Shown here piece after piece: positions 39,180 to 52,404 of a stretch of DNA of 64,000 nt (positions are counted from its first letter, which is position 1; each line of letters begins with the position of its first letter). Source of the DNA: Octopus bimaculoides (Eukaryota); NCBI RefSeq assembly GCF_001194135.2, contig NC_068989.1, forward strand, positions 27,640,704 to 27,704,703, read 5' to 3'. Under the pieces are notes generated by a model that was not told where the DNA came from, made no database searches, and worked only from the letters and a program-made list of their open reading frames with translations. Both the position numbers and the translations under genes were made by a program.

Positions 39180-41640
39180 TTTATTTCTTTAATAACCACA
39201 AAGGGTTTACATAAAAAACACACATTATGGACAAAACATGACAAATACAATGTGTGGTTACAGGAAATCGTGTAAACAATGAAAACAATAACATTCACCG
39301 AATATAACAATAAAATTCCCCAAAAGATGGAAACCTAGAAGTGCTCATGGAAACCCCACAAATCTACAACAGTCCTGACCACTAGGGTAAGTACCCTTTC
39401 TACTAGGGTATGTGCGCTGGGGTAAGTGCACTTTTTCTACAGGCGCATGCTTAGAGTAGGCCCTCTCACTCGGGCAATTCTTGCAACATTCACCCACCTT
39501 TCAACTAAATTGATGGAGGGTGGAGGTGGAACTTCCCACTCCGCCTTCACTTTCCGTTTCAAGTTAATGAGGGCTTGGCCAAAAAGGAAATTATCTTCAG
39601 GCCTTTCTACATGGTCCACCACACAACCGCTTTCACTAAGGCCACCAGGCAATGAAAAAGAGCCTGCTATTCCAGGCCAGAGGAAGGTGGCGGGACTATT
39701 CTCATAATGGACTCAGCTGATAGCCGGAACCGTCCAACATGCGACAGCAGTTGTTCGATATACACTCACAAGTCAGAAATACTCAGGCACTAGACGAGAG
39801 CATGCAGAAAGGTTTCGTCGCTCAGCACGCACCTCGGGAACGCCCAGCTGACTGCACTTCCGTGCCTGTAGAGTTTATCTCGAAGGGGCAGTGCACTGCG
39901 GTAGCACTGCCAGGCCAAAGGTTTCTGCAAATTATGCACAGGCCCCGACGCAAAAGTTCTCCGGTGAAGACCAGCCAATTCGTCCTTGTCGTCACCCAGA
40001 GTCTCAACGAGAACGTCGTCACACTTACCCGCTACGACCCCTCTATAGAACGCCAGAGTAGAATTGTCAGTGACCGCATTACTCGACTGACAGGGGAGTG
40101 TGAGAGCCTGACAACACTCTAGGTGCTAAGCGCCCTTCCTTGTTCTACTCTTGATCCAGGACTGCAGCTCAGTCAAAGAGACAAACTGTGCGAAATCGCA
40201 TCTGACAAACGGCGACCACACTTCCTCCCCGTCTCGGAAGTGCTGGAGATACCGCAGCCTCAGCGTATGCCTGCGTATCAATAACCACAGTATGCCCAGC
40301 CCTCCATTTAGCGGGCATTGACAGCAAATGGAGCGCGTCTCTTCCACAAAAAGCGAAATAGTAGGCGCTCCAGTTTGGTCAGATTCAAACCGGGACAGGG
40401 TACGACGGTGAGGCAGTAGTAGATGACAGATGTAATATAAGCATTCGCCACCTTCGCCTGACCTTTCAGGGATAGATTTCACTAAGCCCATTTCTGAGTG
40501 AGATTGACCACCCAGCTGGCGAACTCGTCACAGTTCTCCATTGGAGATCTGGACCGAACCAGACCCCCCAGTAATTTAACAGGTCCTTCTGTCCAGTGTC
40601 CCACGACGCAGTTGGCAGGCATGGACTTGCCTCCCCAGGTGCCAAATTGCAGACCTGCTGACTTCTGATTAATTTTTGCTCCTGTCAACGCTTCGTATTC
40701 TTTCAGAGCTGTGCCGATCAGATCTGCGCTTCGTGTTCGACACTATGACGGTGACGTTATCTGCGTATACCAACACGGTTCTCCCACGTCCGAGTTCGCG
40801 TGGGATACCCTTCAACGCCTCCGATTTCCGCTGTAGTGGCTGCAGAGCAATCACATACAAGACGGACGTACAGAACGCATGATGCTGAAACGTTCCTATA
40901 CGTAACCATTCACCCGAACTACCAAGCAGATGTCGCTGTACATTGCTTCGATCCAGCCACGGGAAACAGGACCGAAATCGGCTGCCGTGAGGACTGCCGC
41001 CATGTATGGTTGTCGCCCCTATCAAAGGCTTTAGACTGATCAAAATTGATCAAGATCCCGCACATGCCAGTTTCATTTCCTACCCTGTCTATGATTTGCC
41101 GCATGAGGTGGAGGTTGTAATGAATGGATCTACTTGAGGTGGCGCATATTTGCGTATCAGCAATCAGTTCCTCTACGACAAGCGCCAACCTCTACGCTAG
41201 CCCTTGACCAAAATTATGATGTCAGCGTTGAGCAGCATTATGGGCCGACACATTTCTATTTGATCCCCTTGTTTCGGTCCTTTCTGAGCAGAGCCACCAT
41301 TCCTCAGCTACCAGAACTAGGAATTCTCCCGTTTTGCTGCCAGTTACGGTAAGTATCTCCTAAGAGGTCACCAAACAAGTGTGGCATATAATAGTAAAGC
41401 TCGTAGGACAGACCATCTAAACCAGACGATTTGCCCGCTATGAAGCCTATCATCGCATCCCGTATTTCTGTGGCTGTTATCGGCATTTTGCAACGCCTCG
41501 CCCCACCTGACGAGAGTCAGGGCATGCAGTTGAGGTAGGTATTAAAGTCCACCCTGCGTTCCGGATTGCCATTCGTCCCAAGCTGTTGGGCGGAATGCCG
41601 CTGAAATACCGCACACATCCTCTCGGGCTCAAGTATCATG
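39180..41640 (-). mobile_element. L1/Tx1-like LINE, 5'-truncated (linker, RT, zinc knuckle, 3' UTR), decayed
   Basis: PITATEIRDAM...GKSSGLDGLSYELY, LINFDQSKAFDR, VYADNVTVIVS, WQCYRSALPLRDKLYRHG...CVLSDETFLHALV, VERWVNVARIARV; tail merges with AAT array 39121-39180. Confidence 0.9.
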
Positions 41641-41718
41641 CGCATTTCGCCTAGCGTGCTAACGGTTCTGCCAGCTCGTCACCTTAACGATAATAATAAT
41701 AACGATAATGATAATAAT

Positions 41719-42005
41719 CCGTCTTTTCGTCGACGAGTGTTCCAGTATACCCGATGAACAGAACAGCCTGCTCGTGAAATGAACGTGTAAGTGACTGAGC
41801 ACTCCAGAGACACTCACATCATTAAAGTTGCTCTCAAGGAGATATAACAAGACACAGAATGCAACAAAGCTGGCCCTTTGTATTAGATATAGCTCAATTT
41901 TGTCAGCTGAGTGGACGGAAACAGTGTGAAATAAAGTGAAACATCACGCCGCTGGAATCGAACTCAGGATTCTGAATAACGTAAACACTAAGCCACGCGG
42001 CTTGA
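41719..42005 (-). mobile_element. tRNA-derived SINE family C, diverged (preceded by a SINE B head at 41641-41686)
   Basis: gaacagcctgctcgtgaaat shared with 57851-58226; minus-strand head with gagttcgattcc B box. Confidence 0.7.
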
Positions 42006-43321
42006 CAATGATGGTTATTTTAAAATGCCACTAAGTATTCAACAAAGAAACCTAAGAAAGATTTTTGAGAAATGATGAAAATTCCTTGAGATTCGAATAT
42101 ATTCTAAATGATATGTGTCATAAAAATATGATGACAGTAAAATCACAACTGCTATCTACTTGATCATAGGTGGCCCTGGGCCAAACAAGAACAAACGATC
42201 TACAGTGAACTGAAGTAACAATCATTGCAATTCTGTCAGTTATTAAAACAAGAATATCGATAGCATATTAAAAATGCATGTGGCAACGGCACTTAAGGCA
42301 GCAATATTACTAAACACAATAAGAACAACAACAGTTGCATACCAGTGTATGTTGTTCGCTTACACAAATACCTAATCTTAACGCACGTAATATTAACTAC
42401 TTTATCCATCTATAATTGCATTGTACGTCACGTTTCAAACCTTACCATCACCATGACAAATGTACAAATCTACGTTGCCGGGTTAACTGCTAAAAGTAGC
42501 TACCATCATGCCATAATCTCAAAAACAATTCGCAATCCTTCATGAAATTATTACACCAAAATATAAGACAGTATGGTCGTGGATGGAATGCTTTTTATCA
42601 TAGGTTTTCTCAGTCGAGGTAACTTGGAGCTGAACATGTATGTTGCAGTCCCCTTCACACATAAATGTGACAGTGTAAAAAAAAATTGGCTCTATGGATT
42701 ACAAATACACTTCAGAAAGAGAGTAAAAATCGATCCACAGACAGATTTATCGACCCGGAAATAATAAACAACGAAAGTGTAGAGTAGAGTGAGCCGATAA
42801 CAATCCCTCTATCCCAAGTTCTAAAATTTATATAAAAATCGCATGATACTTAGGCCAGCAATATTACTAGACGTAGTAATAATAACAACGTTTGTTGTTA
42901 CTTAATTTGTTTTAACTTCACAAATATTGCGAAAGAGTGTTAACATTTTTACTGGTAGCTGTACATTTCGACAACAACCAATATTTAAAGAGACGATAGG
43001 GATTTACTTATAAGGAAAAACATCTCATAAATAGGATTTTCTCTTGTGAATTGGAAACAAGATTATTCAAATTCGATTAAACGGAAACCTTCCCGAACAT
43101 CAGGTCTGTGAGCATATTTTGGTCTGATAAGAATACGCAAAGCTATAATCACACACACACACACACACACTACCAAGAACATTTTCGTGGGTCACGCTCA
43201 GATGCGTTGTATATTCTAAACATTTAAAAGGCGTCTAATTCGAACTCATAGTATATTAAGCCTACAATACAAATTAACGAACAAATTGTCAATACAGCTG
43301 CTGCTACTGCTGCTGGTGCCT

Positions 43322-43353
<32 letters not shown>

Positions 43354-43747
43354 NNNNNNNNNNNNNNNNNNNNNNNNNNNNNNNNNNNNNNNNNNNNNNN
43401 NNNNNNNNNNNNNNNNNNNNNNNNNNNNNNNNNNNNNNNNNNNNNNNNNNNNNNNNNNNNNNNNNNNNNNNNNNNNNNNNNNNNNNNNNNNNNNNNNNNN
43501 NNNNNNNNNNNNNNNNNNNNNNNNNNNNNNNNNNNNNNNNNNNNNNNNNNNNNNNNNNNNNNNNNNNNNNNNNNNNNNNNNNNNNNNNNNNNNNNNNNNN
43601 NNNNNNNNNNNNNNNNNNNNNNNNNNNNNNNNNNNNNNNNNNNNNNNNNNNNNNNNNNNNNNNNNNNNNNNNNNNNNNNNNNNNNNNNNNNNNNNNNNNN
43701 NNNNNNNNNNNNNNNNNNNNNNNNNNNNNNNNNNNNNNNNNNNNNNN

Positions 43748-43790
<43 letters not shown>

Positions 43791-43929
43791 ATCATGTGTC
43801 TAGGGAGGGTCATTATATCAATAAAAAGATAAAAATATGGCCACGTTCAATACGACTTCTTTATTTTACAAACAAATCTGTAATGGTTTAATGTGCTGAT
43901 TGAACAATTAATTGGTTGTTACTTTTCTC

Positions 43930-43975
43930 TGTCAGAGTTCTTTCGTCGCTATTCGCGACCTCATTAAGGACATGC
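43930..43975 (-). ncRNA. Degenerate type I hammerhead ribozyme relic
   Basis: Minus strand tgtcc TTAATGA g gtcgc-gaata-gcgac GAAA gaac TC tgaca: perfect 5-bp stem II before GAAA, 4-bp stem I, core with 2 substitutions. Confidence 0.5.
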
Positions 43976-45712
43976 CCCCACTTTTCAAAGTCTGCTTTAA
44001 CCCTGTCTAAGAATTAGTCTAATGCCTAAGTGTATGCATGTAAGGAAGGATGGCTGTATGTATGCATGCATGTAACTTATGTGTGTATGTAGATGTGCGT
44101 TCTCATGTGTGTGTTTTTTTGTATGTATGCGTAGTGTAACCAGTTGTTTTTTAAAAAATATATTCATACATACATAACGCAAGATACACTGTGAATGATG
44201 TTATTGGATTGTAGAACGCAGGCATTTCTGTTTTGTTTCATTTCATCAACTATGAACACCAAATCTGTCATCTGTTCCATTAAAATAAATAAATTACGCT
44301 TTATAGCTTTCTTCTCACTTTTCTACTGATGCTATGGATTCTAACAGCAAGATGTTTACAATTTTTACTGTGCATCTTGCCTATATCTATTGTCTTATGC
44401 ATAGTAACAATTATTTATCGCCAGAAATGCAAGACATGCTGATGTCTTCCCTGATTTTCTGTTTTTATCGCTCCCCCTTCCTCCCTTTCACATTGCCTTT
44501 CTTTACTTCCGTCCTGCTTTTCTTCCTCTTTGGTAATACACACGTGTGTGCGTGTGTGTGTGCGCGCGCGCATTCATACATTGCACACTGCTTATAGCAA
44601 TCCTTTCATACCTTTCCCAATGAAAGAATTTCTTACGTTTAACAATAGCATATGATCATATATTTTGTGGGGGAAGCTGTTGTCGACTATGTCTATATTT
44701 AGTTCCTTATGTAGGGCACTCCGAAGGAAAAGAGAATCAATAAAATAGGTAAATTTATGAATCCCATAAGAAAGAAATATTAGTCAACTCCTATGTGTAG
44801 CGGCGTATTTTAAAAACAGAAAAATACATTCAATAAACCACTACCGATATTGCCACCCACACTACTAAAACAGTCAACCTTGCAACCAGAATATCTGAAT
44901 AGTTCTTTTTATAACTGACCAAGACGTGTAACGCTGACATTAATGGGATTTGAACAGTAACTAAATATTGCTTGGCATTCTTTCCAGCGCCATGACCGAC
45001 TGTCAATTCTTTGCTAAAATATTTTATTTATAATGCTTTCAAATTTTAGTGTAACTCACGCAATTTCTAGGTGAATCCAACCACCAACAGTCTAGTATGG
45101 TAGTATTTTTATCGAATTCAGAAGTATGAGAATCTAAATCAACCACGAATAGACAAGAAATCGGGGACGAAGAGTCACAACTTCTGTCACTTACCACTCC
45201 AAAACAATAAGCCTACATGACGTCATAAATCCTTTGTGAATCTCAGACTTATATATATATAATCAATAGTTCATAACTTGCAGAAAATATAGAATTTATT
45301 TTGAAGTTACGTCTATTTATTTATTTATTTGGCATTATATTTTACAGTAAATAGTTTATCTAAAATATATTAATGGACAGCTATCGATTCACTTTTCCTT
45401 TGGGTATGTTATGGTTGCGCCTTGAGCGATTTGTAATGAAATATTTAGTAATCAAAACAAAAAAGAATATTGGTGGTTTCAAAGGTAATTGGAAGACTAT
45501 GTTATCTTTCATAACAGAGTATCAATAATTGATCCAATTATAACAGGGATGACTTGTATCTTAATGAATAAATAGCGCTCATATCTAAGTGGCGCACAGA
45601 AAAATCTGCTAGACTCAAGGCCAATGATGAAAGCAAGCGTCTTCTTATTAAAGAAATGTAAACAACTTTATGAATCACATGCATTAACATTTAAACAGAG
45701 TGACTAACAGGC

Positions 45713-45753
<41 letters not shown>

Positions 45754-46759
45754 CTTGAAAGGAAGGATGAACGGCCAGTTCGATGGTGAATCCAATGTCA
45801 TTAAAATACAAAGATAAAACAGTATATGAATAAATAGGGGATAGAGAGAGGGATATATAAATATAGTCAGAGCTATATAAAAAAGGTGAACGGACATAGA
45901 ATTAGTGGAGAAAATAAAGGCTGTATTAACGTAATGCTAAATGGAAGACAGCGAAGAATGTCAAACAGGTGGATAAGAGCAGAAACTAGAACGAACATGT
46001 TTACTTTTAGCCATTCATATTCATACGCATGCGTGATTGTGTGCATGTATGTGTGTACGACCGAGAGCGTTTTTTTTTTCTATGAGTAGTGAAATATAGA
46101 ATTGAATTACATAAACACATATATGTATATGCATATATGCGTACATATACATGTATAATATAAATTATATATATGTACAATAGGTACACGTGCATTCATA
46201 CATTAGATTACTCTTGAATCAGTGGGTGTTTCTAATTCCTTTCAAAACTTACTTTGACGTCGGAATCCAATTTGTCCAGAAGAAATTACTGCTTTTCTGA
46301 TTTTCTCATTCTTTTTCCATATTCTTTTGTTTTCTTTTCTTGCTTATTTTCTCCAGTTGTACGGCGAATTCGTAAATGGAATCTCGAAAGAAACGTTTGT
46401 TGTCAACAATTCTTTATATTATAAGTTAGTAAGAAAAGAATTAGCTATATGTATGTATGCGCGCGGATTTGTCTGTATGCCTCTTATATGTGTGTATATG
46501 TGTGTGTCAGTTTTTTTCTGAATAGTTATTGTTTTTTCTTCCTTTTGTAAGTTTTATTTTTTCTTTGGAAAGGATATCGAGCTGTTCAATAATTGTTGCT
46601 GCGAATCTACCGGAAATAAACTTGGTTTAAGTATGTTCACTGAATATGCATCCGTTTTGCTTCTCACTGAGGTGAGAAGCAAAAAAAGCATTCTTGTTTA
46701 TTCTGTTGGACAACACTAATCAAAAACTAAAGTCGAGTGGCCATAACTCACAAAATTTG

Positions 46760-47495
46760 AATTGAGTCTATGCAATGTCGGAGCGCGTTGCTGCATTCCT
46801 AATTTTTCAGTATATTCTCTGATACCCCGAGCGATCCGTCGAGTAGATTCCCATCTAGTGTCCTTTTCCGTGAGATACGTACTCATATACCCTCACTATT
46901 TGGCATGTGGTCGACCAACAAGAGGCATCAACCCAGCCGAACCCCCAATGAAGAGAACAAACACGGTAAGCAGGGTCTAACTCGGAAAATCGAAGAACAG
47001 TCTGAGCTGGCTCTCTCGAATGATACATCAACAGCACGCATCTCAGTATCTGAGTAGGGTTGCTGGTTGGATCAGAAATCTAACTAATGTTAACCCATAA
47101 TCTTGCGAATTGACCTGGTACGAAAGGAGTTCAGGCGGCGTCTAAGGGCTCCTGACAGTGGCAAGTCTAACAATTATAGAGTAGGGACCGGGGGAACCAG
47201 AGACCAAAAGACTCGAAACTTTGTCTTCATGCAAAGATATCAGTCCCGACTAATACTCTTGTCTAATGAGTTCAAAACTACACAGCTTGTCCAAATGACG
47301 TGTATGACTTCAGACTCCCAGCAAAAGCCGTTATCACTATGGAGATTCATAGCGGCAATAGAGAGAGACTAGGTGGAGTTCACCAAGAAGCCAACGACGG
47401 ATTGGATCTTTGTCTTCACCCAAGAAATTCTAAGGCCATGTTTCCACTTTCTCACTCAGTGAAACAAGAGCCCACTTTATGACATCCAGAGACTC
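46760..47495 (-). mobile_element. RTE-clade LINE 3' fragment (second RTE family)
   Basis: ESLDV...GLRISWVKTKIQ...YLCMKTKFRVFWSLV...LRRRLNSFRTRSIRKIMG; 3' end DAATRSDIA-like. Confidence 0.85.
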
Positions 47496-47498
47496 AGT

Positions 47499-47618
47499 GA
47501 GAGAGACAGGGGTGAGGGAGGAGAGAGACAGGTGTGAGGGAGGAGAGAGACAGGGGTGAGGGAGGAGAGAGACAGGGGTGAGGGAGGAGAGAGACAGGGG
47601 TGAGGGAGGAGGGAGACA
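47499..47618. repeat. 22-bp minisatellite (gagagagacaggggtgagggag) x ~5.4
   Basis: Period 22 counted at 47521, 47543, 47565, 47587. Confidence 0.9.
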
Positions 47619-48327
47619 GAGAACGGCAGATATAACCGGATGATACTTATTTGAACCTCAGTACTCACTGGAATAATATGGAGTAATACGAAATGAAGTT
47701 CCTTGTCCAAGAAATCGATACTGCAAACATGTGATCATGACCAAAACACCATAAATTCCGACTAAGGTTAACTAAAATAAAACGTCAAATTCTAGAATTT
47801 CATAGTGTCTCTCTGCCTCACCTTATCCCAAAGTCTTTACAAAATTAGCTGTCCGTCATTCCAGTAGTATCAATTGAAAATGAAATTATTCACATTTATT
47901 AACAGCCTTAATTAAAATCAAACTGCTAGGAAGAGTTAATTATTTACATTTCCTTGTCGGTTCAGATCAATTTTTTAATCATTTGATTTTATATCGAACA
48001 TTAGTTTGTTATTACCATTTTAGTCATGAAAAATGATGTTGAGTTTAAAAATAAGTTCCATAATATTTTCACATTGCCATTTTCTAGGTCGTAGAGAACT
48101 TAATATGATTACTAACGCGTTACATTTTATTGCATCAGTTGAAATTAGATGATAATCAGAGTTCATATCATTTTGATCGAACGTATGTTTCATTGGACAC
48201 AGTGTACGTCCGAATAATTTATAGTGAAAAAAATAAACGATTGTTTCTTTCAATATACGTAATAGGGTGTTGCTTTTTATGTAGTTGCATTTAGATCGGA
48301 CTTTTTTATGAAGGTCATAGATACATC

Positions 48328-48384
<57 letters not shown>

Positions 48385-49308
48385 AAATTCACTTTAAGTA
48401 CATGACATCATCAGTGAGTGAAAAACACGTAAACACACGAGAGATAAGTACAGGACAAATACAAAAAAAAATTGCAAAAAAAATACATATTAAATTAAGT
48501 ACAGTATATCACCAATGAGGGAAAAACACGCAATCACACAGAGACAAGTACAAGACAAAATACTAATGGAAGTCCAACCCCTCCTCAGTGGTCGGCTGTT
48601 TATTACTACCTGTTCCAAGCTTTCAACGACAAGACAGAAAAACTTCATAGGACAGCAGCATCCACAAATTAAAAAAAATATAAAATTTATGGAGAGTTAA
48701 GGCTTCGAACGAACAAACGATACCAGAGTGGACGTACAGAGTAAACACTTGACGAAGACATACATTAAGGGCCGTTATGCCAAGACGAATTGCATTGGGT
48801 AACGCCTGGGATAAATTTTGAAAGAGTATAGAAGAGAAAAAGTAGAAGAGAAAAAATAGTAGAAGACACAAAATATCGAGAGGCGATAAAAATTACGTCC
48901 ACCTGGCTGGACGTCCCATCCCAAAAAGGGAGACAATGATCATATCGCTTCTGTTTATGGTATAATGGAATTAAGTTAACACACATCAGTTTCTTTTACA
49001 TTTCTTACATTGTCATAGCTAGTGGAGCAAAGGCAACGTCTATGAACCTTCTCAGACCCACCGAAACTTGTAATAGGAATGGAGTAAATAACGCCCAACA
49101 GCGATACGTTCTCAGATGCTTGCAAGAGAATAATGATACACATGGGATTAGAAGAATGACAAGACGCAAAAGTTATTCAAACAATAATATGATGTAATAA
49201 TGACTGACGTCATTTTAAGCCACAACCCATTTATACATACATACATACATACGTACATACATACATACATACATGCAGAAAGACAGACAGACATACAGAC
49301 AGACAGAC

Positions 49309-49372
<64 letters not shown>

Positions 49373-49373
<1 letters not shown>

Positions 49374-50126
49374 TGCCTTTTGCATCCCGCCAAAACCTGA
49401 AGCTTTCATCTTTTCTGCAGATGAAACTACCTTGGCCTTCTTGAAGCAAGTAAGGAGGGATGTTTCCACTGCATGGATTCTCTCCTTGCCTCAAGCTCAA
49501 AATAATGAACCAACACATATGCAGGTCCAGAAAAAGTTTTAAAAAAACAGTTTGATCTGCTTCAAACAATGTCAAATTTTCTCGTGACGTGATCTGCTTG
49601 GTGCGCTTTTGATCAAATGTCAGATGCGGCACCCTCCGAGAAGAAACTTTCTAATGTCAAGTTCATTTTCCATAATATTCTCAAATCTCTTATAGGATAT
49701 ACTAATAGCACTGACTATTTGATCTACAGTCAATTGCTTGTCATTTATGGCCATGGGCTGGAAACGATAATGTTTTCCTTGCTGGAGGCAGCCGCTGGAC
49801 ATCCAGACTTGAATCAACTTCAAGACTCTCTCTCTCACTCTTAAATTTAGCTAAGCATATTTGCCCTGTTGATAAAGATAGAGCGTCATCCCCTAGTATA
49901 GCAAGCATGTCAGAATGAGAGTCATTAGGCGTTAGACCGTTTTCTCAGTAGGTATTTGTTAACACCGCTAACCAAATTTTGTCCATTTTCAAGAGAATCG
50001 CAACTAGTTACTTTTGAACAGTCAGATATCAGCTCAACTGGGAAGAACAAACGTAGCTACCAATAAAGATGGCTGAAATTAATGCATGCAACATTTCACG
50101 GCTATGAACTTTTCAGCTCACGTTTA
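49373..50126 (-). mobile_element. Mariner (irritans/Himar1-like) transposon, 5' half, decayed
   Basis: ATG at 49986 (MDKIW...LGDDALSLST...ESLE), WVPHL motif, KKAKVVSSAEKMKASGFWDAKG-like; degenerate TIR aacttttcagctcacgttta at 50107-50126; truncated at a (TAGA)n array. Confidence 0.9.
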
Positions 50127-50159
50127 TGTGTGTGTGTGTTATATATATATATACATATA

Positions 50160-50530
50160 TAGGAGTGGCTGTGTGAGGTAAGTAGCTTGCATACGAACCA
50201 CATGGTCTTGGGTTCAGTCCCACTGTGTGGCACGTTGGGCAAATGTCTTCTACTATAGCCTCAGGCAGATCAAAGCCTTGTTAGTGGATTTGGTAGACGG
50301 AAACTGAAAGAAGCCCGTCGTATATGTATATATATATGTCTATGTGTGTATATATTTGTGTCTGTGTTTGTCACCCCAACATCGATTGACAACCGATGCT
50401 GGTGTGTTTACTTCCCGTAACTTAGCGGTTCGGCATAAGAAATTGGTAGAATAAGTAGTAGGCTTACAAAGAATGAGCTCTGGGGTCGATTTGCTCGACT
50501 AAAGACTGAAACAAGTAAAAGAGTAAAAGA
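50160..50530 (+). mobile_element. SINE family A, full length
   Basis: aggagtggctgtgtg...ggttcagtccc...ggcacgttgggcaaatgtcttc...tggtagacggaaactgaaagaagcccgtcg + internal microsatellite + 3' ctgaaacaagtaaaag. Confidence 0.9.
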
Positions 50531-50615
50531 GAGATATACTGATTGATTGAGTGATAAAATGATTGGATCGATCGATCGATCGATAGCTAGCTAGCTAGCT
50601 AGATAGATAGATAGG

Positions 50616-50697
<82 letters not shown>

Positions 50698-52064
50698 TGT
50701 ATGTATGCGTGTATATTTATTCCTTTTCTTCCAGTAAGCTAGACATCGCTGGAGATTTGGCTGTTACAGCCTATCTGTCATGATGTACAACCAGTTCTTG
50801 TCTGCCAAGAATTCACAATTGTAGATGGCGCATATTGCAAATCCGGACAACCCATAAATGTGTGCTTTGTTGTAAGTCGTTCGGTATCTCAGTATCCGAA
50901 CATCAAATGCATAAAAATGAAAAGTTAACATATCTATATTTCAGTGCTGATAATAAACTGATTTCTAACATTAGCACAAGGTCAGTGACTACATAATTTA
51001 ATGGTAATATCTTGTGTTCGATTGAATCAATAAATTTCACTCCCACCCCCACTAAAAACTTTGATATGTAGAAAGAAATCAATATTAAATAGAAAATAAT
51101 ACTCACTTGAATAGTTAGAGAGTTACGTCACGATCGAAATATTTGCAATTCAAGTGAAAATTATCCCTATCGGTTTTCTCTAGTCACATTCACACAGCAA
51201 GAATATTATTTTCCATAAAGTCGTATCTTTAAAAGCAACACAATACCATTTGTTTGGCACGCATAATTGTTACTTATTCTGATATGTCTTTATATAATTA
51301 CCACTGGTATATTTCATATATCAAAATTAAAAGCCCATACAAACTTTATTCCATCTACTTTTAAGAATCTGTCATTATATAAATTTTCTTTATTTTCTTT
51401 TAGGTGAGTTTCCACGTATCCAACACTTCTGTTCTTTTTAATTCGGTATGTATTCGATGACTATATTCTTTTTTTTCTGCTGTGACGTATTGAATTGAAA
51501 AGTGATAATAAATAGCTCGATGGTGAAGTGCTGATGTGATTTATATTTTACTTACCGCCTTGCATAACAGTTCTGCAAACATATTACTATTATTATTACT
51601 AGTCTGTTATATGAGATATTATCATAAAGGCTGAAAGATAACATTACGATCTCAGTGGTTAGGATTCATGATCACATTATAACATAATACATCTGTTTCA
51701 CATACTGGAGAAACGCGAAGCTGACGTGTTACTAACAAATACCTATGCAGTATTTTACTCTCCTAGAAACAGCAGCTAATTCTCTCCCAAATAGCATGCT
51801 TCTACTCTTCTCTCTCAAAACAGAACAGAAAAGGATTAGATGATTTCCTATATTCATGTATTTGCATAATCGAGGCTAAACGATAGTATGCTATTTACAT
51901 TTATTGTGTAAGCTGTTAGTGTTACTTTCAATTAAGGAACCTTCAATGATGGTAGATAACCTCTGGAGAACCAAGCAGCCGACAAATTCACTGCTCGTTC
52001 GATGCAACTGCCTCAGCTGTATGTTTGCTGTAGTAAATGGGTCAGAGAGGTACTCTCAACTTAC

Positions 52065-52122
52065 CTTCTTTCTATCACCTAACGAATCCTGTAAAATATC
52101 CGCCTCTGACTTATGCTTCAAG
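52065..52122 (-). CDS. Candidate 58-nt coding exon of an unidentified host gene
   Basis: Acceptor ttctcttttgtctag, donor aag|gtaagt, open frame LKHKSEADILQDSLGDRKK; in unique sequence. No homology recognised. Confidence 0.35.
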
Positions 52123-52404
52123 CTAGACAAAAGAGAATCGAAACGACATCTGAGGCTGCTTAATGCATTATGGTATGAATGAGCGTTTCTAATCCAGCTT
52201 GTCCAGTACAGAATGGATGGAACGAGAAAAAGTAAAATATTATTTTAAATGATTGCAATTTATTCTTAACATAAAATATAAGAAAAGTGCATTGCATCAT
52301 TTTATGATGCTAATAAAACATTGGCGATTTGTAATCCAAGCGGTCTAGTACTTGATTGACGTTTTCTGTGTAGATTTTATAGCTATATTGTTACTTTATT
52401 AAAT

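Noticed and set aside
42446-42489. Minus-strand 44-nt segment with tttag acceptor and ATG|GTAAGG donor
   Set aside because: Stop codons in all three frames.
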